Below are positions 42,141 through 55,325 of a stretch of DNA of 64,000 nucleotides, one piece after another. Positions within the stretch are counted from its first letter, which is position 1. The number at the start of each line of letters is the position of its first letter. A model generated the notes under the pieces. The model was given only the letters and a program-made list of their open reading frames with translations. It did not search any database and was not told the DNA's origin. The stretch comes from Tubiluchus corallicola (taxonomy: Eukaryota > Animalia > Priapulida): NCBI GenBank assembly GCA_030141605.1, contig JAQGDQ010000514.1, positions 1 through 64,000 of the forward strand, in the 5' to 3' direction. The position numbers and the translations under genes are program-made.

Positions 42141-42268
42141 ATTATCTATCACAAGTTAAAATGCAACTTCCAGGTATTTGTTGGGCAAATGTGACCTTAA
42201 ATTCCCATTTAGATGCAATTATTAATCGCAATACTTTTTCCAAAATGCATGTTCCAGAAAGTTTTCTA

Positions 42269-42616
42269 CAGAATGGGCAAACAGAGACGCAGACTCAGGG
42301 ATTCAATTTAAGAACATTACCTCTAGCCACAAATTGCTCTCCAACACTACTAACAAGGCTAGCTTGATTAAGTTCTTAGTAGAGAGTTGAAAAGGTCCGA
42401 TGCTCAGAGCAAAGTCTCAACACAAAACATTATACCATCACTTATGGGGAAGACTGCTTCTGAATCTCAGAAATAAATTGGAGGAACCAAGAGAATTGAA
42501 ATGCAGCCATGAAGAGGCAGACAGACACATGAATGTTAATGCATGCATTTCATGCTGCTTAGACAGTGTTCAAAACGGTGGTTATCACATCACAAGACAT
42601 TGGTGTACTGATGACT
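42269..42616 (+). repeat. Second, diverged copy of Academ segment 41014-41384
   Basis: cagaatgggc.aacagagac.cagactcagggattca ... ggtgtactgatgac, about 90% identical with a roughly 22-nt gap. Confidence 0.9.
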
Positions 42617-45600
42617 GATATCATTTGTTATGAAGTATTACGCAAAGTAGACAGTGATTAACATCGTCTCACTTTGCTGCCTGACACGTTTTTGTTTTTG
42701 GATCTATGTCGCCGTACTCTCAAGCAATATAATTTTGGACTGAAATTTGTTACCTTGCTGGTTGTTACCCCGCTAATATATTGTATATTTGAGAAAATTT
42801 TGGTCAATAAAGCTACTAGTACTACTACAGGGAACCTATTGATGATATGGTAACCAGCACATGTAAAGTGTATTTAATGGTATTTGCTACAGCTATTATT
42901 ATACAATTGCTAGGCTGCTTCTTCTGCGCGTTAAAAATGTTGTCAGTTAATGTAATGCTAAGAACTAAGGCTTTCCCAAGCCATTTTCCAAATCTAATCT
43001 TGGTATCAGTGACGCTGCTAAGGTAAACAGTAACTATGGCAACTAGTTTATGTGAGTAACGTTTCACATTATTAGCCATATGTGGTAATCTAGGCTTGAT
43101 GGCATTTGGCGCTCATGAGAAGGCCTACAATGACACAGGTGCTAAAGCTAACCTATATGGAACGTTTGCTTTTCGAAAAATGAGTACCTCCGTTGTCCTC
43201 AAGTTCCCTGTTTGAGTGCTTGATCTCATGTAAATGAGTTGGTAAAATTGAAATAAAAGTCGGATGTTAACACACTTTTTGCTATAATCGAATGGGACGA
43301 GGCGCATTTTATCATTAGTGGATAAAGGACCATAATTGTCCAACGAAAATGATACAGTAGGCCTATACTACATTGATAATCACTATCGTTATCTATGTGG
43401 CACTATCGTAAGTTGCATAATGTTGGAATGAAGTGAAATTTAACAACGTTTAAGCAATTAAGCAAACAGGGCTTTTCAGTTGAGGCTTCACAAAATGCCA
43501 CATACCCAATTATTGCCTCACTCTTTGTAACCACTGAGGTAATTATGTTATGTAGCAACGTCGAGAGTATTAGACCGCATAGATAAAAACTTGCAGTATA
43601 AAAAAACTTGCCTGGAAAAAGTAAACAGGGTCTCAATAAATAGGTTTTTGGGGTTTTTGGCACTTCTTATATGGGACAGTTTTAGGATGGTACATCATGA
43701 TTTAATTTTTTTCTACTACATATAAGGCAGATGATTACAATGGTCCATAGCACGTACAATAGCAAACAAAGTAAACATTTAATATCTACATGGTTACGAC
43801 ACTGTGTAGCTTCTACCTTGCCAGGAAAACATTTGCCCTAATATGGCTTTTGGGGTGTGGTCCCAGAAATGGAGCCGCACCAGTAATAGCTACTCTATCA
43901 CAGAGGTCATCATATAAAAACATCATCTAAAGATGTGTAAAGATATAAAAAATTACAACTAGAATTTGTTTCCCGAAATGGTACCGATACGGCTTTCTGG
44001 CTTGTGTGGTGTTTGAGGTGGTGTTGAATGCTGGTCATAATATTCATGACTATTTGACATCTGGCCTTGAACTGGAGATAATGTGGTGGTGTCCAGTAGT
44101 GATTGTGTGCATGGTGTGAAATTTGGTGCACCAGCATTTAGATTTGAGACCCTTGGTGTATATCTATGATTGCCAGTTACACCTGTTTTAGCTGGTCTTG
44201 CCCCACAGACTGCTGAACTGGTAGTTTAAAGGACAATTACGTACTCATGAAGGTACAGTGCTAGGTACCGTGCTCTGTAGTACACTAGCTAGACCTAATG
44301 GTGCACGTGTACCTTCTTGAGATACACAATAAAATACTAGTGAAATAACTGAAATCTCATACGAAGTCAGCCTACTCCTGGCAGTTCTGGCATGGGATCA
44401 ACAATAATACTTATTTTAGACTTTTGATCATAGCTTTAGTTACTCAGTATAGCAAGACTGTTAACCCATCGGTTGCCCTGTCACGTGAGCAAGTTCTGGT
44501 AATTCTTTATGCAATTGTACACTATTTTATGTTAACCCTCCTCACTCTAAGAGCAGTTGATAGCCACTCGTACAACATATTCACTAGCACTGTTGTCTGG
44601 CAGAGACATCTCTTTCAGAAGTCTGATTTTTAAAATTAATGAACTTTTAATTACAGGTAAACTTTATGTCCATCGGTCTTCCGTACTCGCTGCGGATATT
44701 CGAACATCTATAATAACGTATTAATTAATTATATCTCGGGGAGCTCATTACACTAGTAATTCGTATATGCAAAGAAGCTACCAAAATGCCAAACTTACTG
44801 TCTGAATATGATGAACAAGCTGAATGAGTCAATAATGATCAAAAGCTTTCTTATCATTTTCATTATTCTTCTATCTTTGATTATTATTCATTAATTATTC
44901 ATTTAGTGAATAATTCTCGATTTCAAAAGTAAAATCTTCAGACAGACATAACAGACGTTTTGGTACGATCATTTTAAATTATTAAGAGTTTTCTTTTTAA
45001 GATAAATATGTTTTATAAACAGGTAAGCGTAAAACACAATAACATATCTTTACATGGAAAGCTTTTTGAGACAATTAAATTCCTGTTTTTCCCTTTTAAA
45101 TATTTACTTAAGTTATTTACTTAAATTAATTTCTCAGTGTCTGTGTATAAATTATTTTGTATATTTTGTAGATTGTGTACTATCTGTAATCATGTACATG
45201 TTTTTAATTTAGTACTTCAATTTTGTGAACTGTGTATTTTATGTGCCTTTTAGTTTGAGTGTAGTGCTATTAATATTATTACTATTGCTTTTTATCAGTT
45301 TTTCTAAACTGGTTACATACAAATTTTATTGTAAATATGTTTTAATGTAAATATGATTTTAATATTGTGTTTGCATTTGATGTAACATTTTAGCAATAAA
45401 GAATACTAATAATAAATTAAATAATAATTTTACCACAAATCTTTTTGCTTTGTTCAAAAAATTTCCGTTTTCTTTTATTTTTAACACGTTTATAAGGACA
45501 GAAGTCATGAAAACTGCTTGTTAACAGAAAAAAACAGGTGCGTCATTTTGCACAATGGGTTTATTTTACTACTAACACTACCGCTTAGAAAAACATAACA

Positions 45601-46498
45601 GAGAAATCTGGAGAGTACCTTTAAACTTAAAGTCCGACAAAGTGGCAGCCGCACGACTTACTTGAAAATTATGATGTCGCTGGCTGTTGTTCCTAGTCAG
45701 TTCTTATGTCGCTTTTAAACTTAAATGAATTCTAACTTTTGCAGCTACCTAATGTTCAAATGTTTACTCAGAAATACTCACAAAAATTAACTAGGCCTGT
45801 ATCTAAGTTTTTTGCAAAAATTTGATTTCCCATAACATCAAACTGCCTGTTTTCTTCATTTGAATGAAGGCTAAAAAGAAAGTTGAGAACGGCAAGCTTG
45901 AAATGCTCGCGGACATTCCAATGAACCTAACTTCAGGGGAGGCGTCCCTTTTCCTTTAGAACAACGTAAAATAGTGAGACCTTTAAAAATTAATTTATAT
46001 TAATAAAGTAAACAAATTATCTATTCAATATCAGCGCAAAGTATATTTGCACGTAATCTAAAACGAGGAAAACTAGAATTGTTACTTAAAAAGATGAACA
46101 TTAGTAAAATATTGAAAATTATGTTCGCATAGACATCACCACAACTCTGTTGTATCAGTGCTTCCTATTTTCTACTAAGTGATTCGTTAAAATTGAAGAT
46201 AAAGTCATTTAAAATTGAGATGTTCCTACGATGCAACACTAATATACGAACCACTGTGTGTTTTATGACAATGGTTTTGCATTTTAATATAAAATAAGTT
46301 AAGATCGGACAAGATAACACAAAGTATTAGGCCTATATCATAAACAAAACAGTGGACCAACAATTAGGTAATATTCTGTTAACATAAAATCAATAAAATT
46401 TAAATATATAAAATCGTTACTGTTACCCAATTCAGCTACGTGCTGTTGGCTCGGATCTTGACTCAACAGCTGAATATTATATTACAATATAAAAAGTG

Positions 46499-46762
46499 AG
46501 TACGCAAATCGAATAAGATAATATAAAGTATTATGCATATATTGTATAACTAAAAAAGCAAACCAATAATTGCGTAGTACATTGTTAGCATAAAATCTAA
46601 GTACGTAAAATCATGGTTACTCAATAAGACGCAAGTACGCAAATCGAATAAGATAATATAAAGTATTAGGCATATATTGTATAACTAAAAAAGCAAACCA
46701 TTAATTGCGTAATACATTGTTAGCGTAAAATCTAAGTACGTAAATCATTGTTACTCAATTAG
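46499..46762. repeat. 135-bp tandem duplication just downstream of the pentraxin stop codon
   Basis: agtacgcaaatcgaataagataat.. at 46499 and 46634, few mismatches. Confidence 0.9.
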
Positions 46763-46770
46763 AATGAAAT

Positions 46771-47850
46771 TTAGTAAACTTTGTCGTGTATAATCTTTTT
46801 CTTCACAACATTTTTACGTGTTTTTGCAGCTAATTTTGCAGTTAAATCAATGAGAGTTTCGAACGTGTGCTGAGGAAGAGTACAGACTCGCCTGATTGTT
46901 GGATCTTCCAAGAATGGACACGTGGATGCTGCTTCTTGCAGATCATTACCAACAAGAGACATGCGATAGTCACCCCATGTGAATAAATTACCCGTATGCT
47001 TGCAAGTTAATGGTGAATTTAATTCATCCTTAGTCAGCTTTCTCGAAGATACCCAAATGTCTGTAACCATTCCTTTAAAGCTTTGTGTGGCGTCAAATCC
47101 ACCGCCCACAGTGTCTTGATCTTGTCCAAACACCAAAGATCCACCGCCCTTTAGCTTTCCGGGACTGGGAACCACAGTACCTTCAGCCTGGTGCTCACCA
47201 GCGTCGATATTCACTGCCCAGCTACCATCCCGACTGTTGTAGCACGCAGTAATGTAATGCCAGTCATCATCAAATATATTCGCGTCCATAGCAAGTGTGT
47301 TACTACCTAATCCACCGCCGTTAACATACATTTCTACGGATGTCAAATTTGCCGTTGATCCAAGCCAGAACGCATCATCAAGATTATCTGCAGGTGTAGA
47401 TGGCAGTGCGTACGAAAGGAAAGAAACGGTTTCCGTTTCATCTGGAAGAGATGAAGGCAACAAAACCCATAATCCGACGGTTAAAGCGATCAGAGGTCTG
47501 TTTATGACGTTATCTAACTTTATGTAATTTGTATCACTCAGCTCTGGGAAGTTAACTTTTTTCTCAACATCTTCGACATCAAAGCAGTCTAGCTTCGCGT
47601 TTTTTATTGTTTCTATGTCGGAACGACGTGGATTTTTCTTCTGATTATGTTTCTTTATCAGTGGTCGATAATTGTATCCACTTCGCATTTTTTTAAGCCT
47701 CAGAGATGGTCGACTACCATATCCTTTTCCGGCTGCTTTAGATTTCTGAACGCCTTTTCTTCCACTAACGCTTTCATTTGCCAAAAGTACAATAATAATG
47801 ATTATAGCAGCAACATAAACGCAAGCAAATCGCAGCATTACCATTTTCAC
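46771..47850 (-). CDS. Secreted pentraxin-domain (LamG-like) protein, single coding exon, 359 aa
   Basis: Hydrophobic N-terminus; FLSYA, DDDWHYI..YNSRDGSW, GGGSLVFGQDQDTVGGGFDATQSFKG, C..GNLFTW. Confidence 0.92.
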   Translation of the reverse strand: MKMVMLRFACVYVAAIIIIIVLLANESVSGRKGVQKSKAAGKGYGSRPSLRLKKMRSGYNYRPLIKKHNQKKNPRRSDIETIKNAKLDCFDVEDVEKKVNFPELSDTNYIKLDNVINRPLIALTVGLWVLLPSSLPDETETVSFLSYALPSTPADNLDDAFWLGSTANLTSVEMYVNGGGLGSNTLAMDANIFDDDWHYITACYNSRDGSWAVNIDAGEHQAEGTVVPSPGKLKGGGSLVFGQDQDTVGGGFDATQSFKGMVTDIWVSSRKLTKDELNSPLTCKHTGNLFTWGDYRMSLVGNDLQEAASTCPFLEDPTIRRVCTLPQHTFETLIDLTAKLAAKTRKNVVKKKIIHDKVY

Positions 47851-50017
47851 TCACTTCACTAAGGTCATAGGTACTAAACTACTAAAAAAAAGTTCACATG
47901 TGTTAGGTTTTCAGCTCTTAGTTAAAGCGTTAGTGATTTCTACCTTTTAAACCCTTAGGTTGGACAATTAACCTAGTAAGAAGCCGGTACACCGACCAGC
48001 TGCAATAAAAAGTAATGTTTCTGTCAGGTCAAAAAGTCAAAGCCCAGCCTAATCATCACAGATGTCGGTCGACTCGGTTCTCCATTTTTCATTTGTTCTC
48101 AGCTGTTGACAGACGACAGCCAAATTTAGACGACGCGTTAATGACTGTTTAGACGATCAGTTTTTTCGTCAAACTTGTTCGTCAGTTTTAGGTTGACACA
48201 CTAGTTTGACCGTGTAAATAGCGAAACTGACAAACTCTTAGTTTGACAGCACAAAGTTTGATGATATCAAACCGTCTTGAATTCATCAAACAGAAACTGG
48301 CAAACTTAACAGCCAATAGCATAGCGCGCTCGTTACATCATACTGATTGTTCATTTTCGCGCGGGTCGGGAAATTCTGTTGTTATTAATTCAGCAAGTTG
48401 TTTAGACATACGACGATTAGCTTTGTTAAACGTTGCCTGGACACTGGAACCTTGAGGGTAAAAACGTGGTAATACAAAGGAGATTTTGATTTTGCTTTCT
48501 ACCAATCAGCTAAACGATTTGCCCAGTACTGTAAAATTGAAAGCGTGCGAAAACTACAACTTGCGTGGCAGGTCAATAATGTGCAAATATTCCACATAGT
48601 ATCTTATTTATTGAGGAATAGACTCGTCACTAGCAAATCTCAGTCTGACCAAAAAGTTAACGCCCATAACAGCCATAGAAAACATGGTTGCATAATTCAG
48701 CAATATTTTATATATCAAAATATAATGATATCATACCAACTTCAATTAGTGCATTCATGAACTTTGGCTCTCAAAAGAATAAAAGGGCTTTATTGATGCT
48801 TCTCCTATAACGTTGGACCACTGTACTGGTGCTCGCTTATACATTATCTACATACACTTTATACATTATCATTATTGGTACTTTAGACATTACAATTAAT
48901 GTTGCATAATTATAAAGGCCCCGGCCCTTTTTTGTGATTGTATCCTTTTTAAGTGTGATATTTTTTGTGTGTTCACACGAAGTTAAACGCTAACATTAGT
49001 ATTTAACTCCTTGGCGTTAATAATATAAAATCCTAAAAATTAGCATTAGAATTTAATTTTAGCAATTTTATGTGACTTTTTCCCTTCATACTCTTTCACT
49101 TTATGATAAACGAAATAAGTGGTTTGAAAGTTCGTGCGTTCATTTTTTGTTACTTGCGAATTTTCTCATCTGAATCTACTTAATAGGCCATTGCATTGAG
49201 TCTTGGCGGACACGCTGCCTTGAGTTTTGCAGGCAAGGAGTCATGCTTTTGCGTTGTTGGGCTCGAGTCTTGCCGGCTTCATTATTAGTTTGTTTGCCCG
49301 GCGATAGGTGACGCAACAAACTAAAATGATGAAACGTGAAAATTAAGACAGGCACTTTAGTTTTTTTGGTTTTTGCGATCCAGAGAGTTGAGTTTTAAGA
49401 ATAAGTTCCCAAGGCTCAAGCTAGATTCGTGCTGGGACTTAGAGGCAAGTACTTTCATTACCAAGTAGATGGTTACGTCTTAAGATATCATTATTACAAA
49501 ATAAAATTAACGCGTGTTCGTTTACAAGCGCCATAATTGAATGTGGATTTCGTCCTGCTGGATTTAGATTCCACAATTACTGTTAATCAGAATCAGTAGT
49601 TTTGCCATGAAACAGTAATATCACAGTTCTTATGTCACTCATCATATTAGAATGGTGTGATTGGGTCGGCTTGACAATGTAGCCAGAGTGAGTGCTCATA
49701 AAAATTTAATACTGTGAAGTGTAATTGCAATTTTGCCAACTATTGGCACCATTGAAAGAGTAGCACTATTGAAAGACCAGTCAGCAAAACTGTAGTCAGT
49801 CCGCAATAAAAATTGCCAAGCTGCATAAAACTTCGTTTTATCCAAGTTACCGATGATACCGTACTTTTATTTCACTTCAGACTTCCTTATCATGGTTAGA
49901 TGACGTTTCTATATTGGCCAGTAAACTACAAAATCCCAAAGAAAGCAAATTCCATTAATACCTACTGAAGCTGAACAAAACTAAATACATATCATTTCAA
50001 AAGCAAATAGGCCTACC

Positions 50018-50711
50018 CAGGGGCGTATCAAGACTTTACGACGCCCTAGGCTTATAGTTCTGTTGTGCCCATCTCTATTGAGAATTTACAGTTGTTTATG
50101 TAATGAGCAGTATAAACAATTATTTGAGGTGTATTAGAAACACTATTAGTCTAGTTTCTACGTGGTCAGTATTAATTACATGTATTTGCATAGCGCTTGC
50201 TTGTTGTGTAATACCTTGCACCTGTTCATTGTGTGGCATAAATTTATATATTGCATTTGTTGACTAAGTATGTGTATAAAATTTCAACAATTCTTGACTC
50301 TAAATTGAAAGGTACGAATTAATTTGCTTAGAATTAATGTATTCAATCAGTACTGTGATATATATGTACATGTGTTTGTTATAAGTTATGGTATTTTGTA
50401 AGCAACTACACTTAAACAGAGCCCTGTATTTGTAAAGACGTGTTCCTGTATGCATTGTTTATTTAAGTGTTTGATTTATTAACTGTACTTGTGTTTAAAT
50501 ATGTTTGTGTTAAATAAAGCGTTTATTACTATTATGTAAAATATGCTCTGAGTAACTGCCTGTGGTGTGTTGTAAAATGCGCTCTTTACATGAATATGAA
50601 AGTATATACACTTTCTGAGGAGAATAAGAATTTTTTCTAAACTGTGACGTCCCTAAAACTTTGGCACCCTAGGCTATAGCCTGGTTTTGTCTTTTGGTTA
50701 ATACGCCCCTG
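50018..50711. mobile_element. hAT-type MITE with perfect 8-bp TSD
   Basis: TIR caggggcgtat / atacgcccctg; ggcctacc at 50010-50017 and 50712-50719. Confidence 0.92.
50104..50531 (+). mobile_element. Probable retroposon 3' UTR fragment nested in the hAT MITE
   Basis: TG-rich segment ending aataaagcgtttattactatt, flanked by ttatgtaa at 50096-50103 and 50532-50539. Confidence 0.45.
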
Positions 50712-51654
50712 GGCCTACCCTTTATAATTACTCTTCGTGTTAATGTCTCCTTCAGTGTCTGGTACATGATACAGGAACAAAATATACAGTTCTTCTGTTT
50801 GATACACGAATGGAATGAACTGAATTTTAGGCATCTCTTATAATATAGGAAGGAAACGAACGAAAATTTGTAAAGAAATAGTGACAGTATGCCTTTAAAA
50901 CCTGTATGTGTAAACTTTGGGATATAAGCTTACGTTTGCTAACCAAGAATTTCTGAGTTTGCTGTATGGAAAATCTTGAATGAATGGATAAAATTGGTCG
51001 GATGTATGGCCAATTTTAGATACAAATCGTGCAAAATAGTCTTTAATACCACAGAAACAAAGCATTTGTGTAAAAACTGCATTATGTGCAGCTTTGCTAA
51101 TATTTTATAAAGCATATGTCAGAAGCAGGCATCAAAAGTTCCATGCATTTGTATGCCGTATCAGTGTGTGATATAATAATTTTAAATATAAATTTATAAT
51201 AATTACATGTACCTTTTCTGTGAGTCATTCTTAGGGGCTACAACTAATAGCGAATTGTTTATCTCTTGGTCTGCTTGGCATTAAACATCAGTTTCTGTAT
51301 TTTTATATCAATATTCCCTATGTTTCCAGTGCAGTGAGCAGTGTTCTCCACTTTTCAAGGTTTTCGCATTCCTGTATTATACAACCTGCCTTCTGCAACA
51401 GTGATTTCACTAATGTCTAAACTTTGACTATTTTTCCTTTAAAGTATCAGGTTTTTTGCATTTGTTACTGTGGTCTGGTTACCTACTTGAGGTTACTTTT
51501 TTGTAAATTAAGTAAGCTTCACAACACAGAATGTTTTTGTTGTGATGTAATTACTCAGCAACTTTTACACCAGAAAGATCTGTGGGAGAGATACGTACCA
51601 GGAGTTAAGACAAATACCATTGTAGAAACTAAATTAATATTAATGTTGCTCAAA

Positions 51655-51792
51655 TAGGGGTGGCCGCTAGGTAACCTCACGGTCTTTTGACATCCCATCT
51701 AAATGTAGTGTTTCTCATCTTAAAGAAATATTGTATATTGTTACATGTGTAACTTTAAACTAGACGAATAAAATCTAATCTAATATAATCTA
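51655..51792 (+). mobile_element. L2/Crack-type 3' tail fragment
   Basis: ggggtggccgctaggtaacc..ggtctttttgacatccc stem-loop, aataaa, (aatct)n tail. Confidence 0.65.
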
Positions 51793-52284
51793 GATTTTGA
51801 TATGTCTCTTGTACATGTTGTTAATCATAAATTGTGGAAAACTGATTTAGGCCTATGCAGACATAGAGAAATCTAAGTGTGCCTCGCAGCTTTTCTAAAA
51901 TTATTTTGTCTAAAAGCTATTTGGCCGGTTTGCTCTTCGGTGTTCTCAAATTTATTCCTAAATGTTATTCATAAATGCTCAGCACAGTGTAACTTCATCA
52001 CGTTCGGCAAGTTGCCAAGTGTGTTATTAACTAGAATTTTAAATATATATTCGCAGTACTTGATGCTGGAGGCCAATTAAAATTGTGTAAGCATATGAAA
52101 AAGAAAGTTGCAAGTTAAAAAACGAGTTTATGACCTTGAATTATTCCCAGAGATAATTTACCCCAGCCAAAATCAGCTATGGTAATTAATCTGTAGCAAA
52201 CCCGCCTAGAAATCTAGAATGCCCAAATAATTATAAAACTATACTAACAATGCTCACTTTCTAATTTTCAGGTATGTTTAAAAC

Positions 52285-52797
52285 ATATAATTAGTATGCA
52301 CTTTGTAAACTGAAGTTACACTGAACCTTATAGTTAGTATGCACTCTTGTTGTCTTTTTGACCCATCATGGCTTGCTGTAAATTGATGTTTATGTAATTA
52401 TTCTTATAGTTAGTGACTGTTAGTCAGCACTTTGTGAATTGAAGTTTATATCTCTAGATTATACTTCTAAATACACTTCGTAAATTTAAATTCGTACTTC
52501 GAGTCAGTATGTCAATCTGTAAGTACTTAAGTTTTATACGTATAGTTAGTATGCACTTTGTAAATTGAAGTTTTATATTTCTTGCTAGTATACAGTCTTT
52601 ACCCTTATAGTTAGTATATACTCCCTGGTCCCTTCTGTTCTGTGGCACTGGAAATTGAATTTTATGCTTCTAGTTTGTATGCAATTTGTAAATTGAAGTT
52701 TAAACTTCTAGTACTCTTTATGGACCCTGCCATGGCGCTCTGTAAACTGAAGTTTATACTTCTAGTTAGTTATTCACTCCGTAAACTGAGTTCTAGT
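52285..52797. repeat. Degenerate minisatellite, about 35-bp unit (ttagtatgcactttgtaaa.tgaagtttata.ttctag)
   Basis: About ten diverged units visible. Confidence 0.8.
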
Positions 52798-53391
52798 CTA
52801 CTCTAGAGGAATCTGGCAATTAATTTGAAATGTATTCTAGCTGTGGGCTCAGTGCAAGATTCCTGTACAGCAAGGTCATGTTGCCTTCGCTTTGCAAGTT
52901 AGCAGACAGTATTAAGCAGGCTAGTTTCTGGCATAGTTCCTAAAATATTTTGGCCCAGTGCCAGCTGAATTTTCACTGCTGCATGAGTATCTCGGAAAGC
53001 TATCATGTATGTTATGCATGTGCAATAATGGTTAATAGTAGTCACATTTTTCGCAGTGACTTTAAATTAGGTGTTCAGTGTTACGCCGCTGCGCAAACAT
53101 AATAAAATTGTTTTAAAAAATGCAACCTGTCTCGTAAAAGGCTTTGCAAGGTCATAAATCTTATACAGTCATAGTATAAGTGCTATGCATATAACATTAA
53201 TTTCTGTATGTTGCAATTTGGTTTGGGAGACTTAGTACTGTATAGACAGTGCTGGTGCTGATATGTTTGATGATTTTTTCACCCAACGTATGTCTGACGA
53301 ATAGTTTACAAGGTCTGACTGTCGTATTATTTGAATTGATTTGATTATAATAATATTGTTGCATGATTATGCAAAACACTAGATGGGATGG

Positions 53392-53419
53392 TTATTGTTA
53401 TTATTATTATTATTATTAT
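53392..53419. repeat. (TTA)n microsatellite
   Basis: Direct reading. Confidence 0.85.
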
Positions 53420-54772
53420 CATCGTACTTTTAGATATTGCTCAGTATCGTAGCTGATTATGTTTGTGAGTGAAATTTTGTAGTAATATTTTTCCATTTGT
53501 GCATTGTTAGGCAAAGGCCATGATAGTTGTAGTCTTTCACAGTGATTTAGTTGACATGCTGGCACCCTGTTCGTCTGTTTAGACGTCTGTTTTGTTGTTG
53601 AAAAGTTGCGTGAATCTTGAAAAGCTTGACATATATCATTTGATTGTCACCTTAGTAAAAAATTTAAGGAAGGAATTTAACTATATCTTTTTTTTCTTAA
53701 ATAGTTTGAATAGTTTCATTCCAGTTGAATTTATTGTAAGTTTTTTTATTCGAACTGATCAAGGAAGCAACAAAAACTGTGTTCACTACTCACCCAGTTC
53801 AAAATAGTTTTTTTATGTAACTTGACATTACGGTACCGTCCAATGTGTGAAAATGGCACCAAACTGCAAATGCAGTTTTAGTGCGTGGTTTTTATGCCCT
53901 CTTGCTTAGTCTCGGGATATTACACCATAGTCCACATACCCATAATTTGAGTTTAAGCTACTTTTATATCTAAACCATGTGGCAGATTTGAGTTTTTTGG
54001 TGTGGAGTAACTTCAGAACCAAGAAACATTTACACAAATGTAGTACAACTAGGTATATGCAGGGTGGTACATAGATCTTAAACTGTTAGTGAATTACATA
54101 AATGGCAAGTGATAGTACAAAACAAGTTATTATTACATCAGAGAATAGGAAATCTATCAAACTCTTAACGGTTAGTTTGGAAACCTCACGTACGTCCCAA
54201 AGCATGTAGCATTTCAGCAACGACTCGAAGAACTCGAGGCCCTCCATCACATATTGCAGATCTCTCTCACTCTTGTCTGTTGAAAACTGGTTAATAGCAT
54301 GTTTAAGTAATGTTCCCTCTGTCTTTTAGGATAGCTTCAATGTGTTTCATGTAGTTGATGTTGATGAATTTTCATGCCATTCAGTTCAGTCAAAAAATAA
54401 TAATCACAGGCCAGAATTTTCGGTTTACTGCTCCGAGCTCAAGCTTGCAGGCTGTGTGAGGCACGAGAGGCTTCCACACCAAATTTTGATGACATGATAT
54501 ATTTGCTATTGTTTCAGCTATACTATGATATAATGAATTGTTCTGTACTATTACTTGTTGTTTTTGTGTCCCCTTGCAAAAGGATGTGTACCAACCCGTA
54601 TATATAAATGATCACAGATGGCTCAAAACGTTATTATCATTGCTCTACTACTGATTAATTACATTGTACCTCCTTGATTTTTAAGATGTTATAGCATTAC
54701 AATATTCCAGAAAGGACTTAGGGTCATACGGTAATTGCCCAAATCTACAGATAATATTCTTGAGTGCCTGCA

Positions 54773-54848
54773 CACAAAGGCATATTTATATTTATAAAGC
54801 CATCTTATAACACAAAGGCATATTTATATTTATAAAGCCATCTTATAA
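54773..54848. repeat. Perfect 38-bp tandem duplication
   Basis: cacaaaggcatatttatatttataaagccatcttataa twice. Confidence 0.9.
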
Positions 54849-55325
54849 CTTTACTTTGACATTTTCTCTAACTATAAATATATAAACGCCTTTCAGAAGC
54901 CTGCATACAAAGTAATAGAAAGCCACTTTATTACCTTATAGATTTATTTGGCTTTTTGTCGAGAATATTCGAATATATATATTCTAGACAAGAAGCCAAG
55001 TAAACATATATATAAATGTTTGAACATTGTTCAGATGCGTACATACAGAGCTACCATACTTTCCAATTACTTCATTTTTGGAATTTTTTGAATATAAATA
55101 TAAATATTTAGGTGCCTGCATACAATGTCACTTTATAGAACTTTTAAAAATTTGACTTTTTCTTTGACTGGTATGTAAATATTTTTCAAGTGAGTGCTTG
55201 CAAAGTCATCATACTGCCAAATAGCCACGGTTTTGAATTTTTCTAATTATGGTTGTATTCTATATTATTATGAAAAATGGCACTTATTTTCTGTAATTAA
55301 TTTTCTAAATATGAATAATTTTCAG

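Noticed and set aside
48060-48330. Harbinger-like MITE half or SLC7A promoter/first exon
   Set aside because: No paired TIRs and no transcript evidence to choose between the two.
54130-54480. Coding-like decayed sequence (also 56100-56350)
   Set aside because: No recognisable motif in the frames read; needs tBLASTx.
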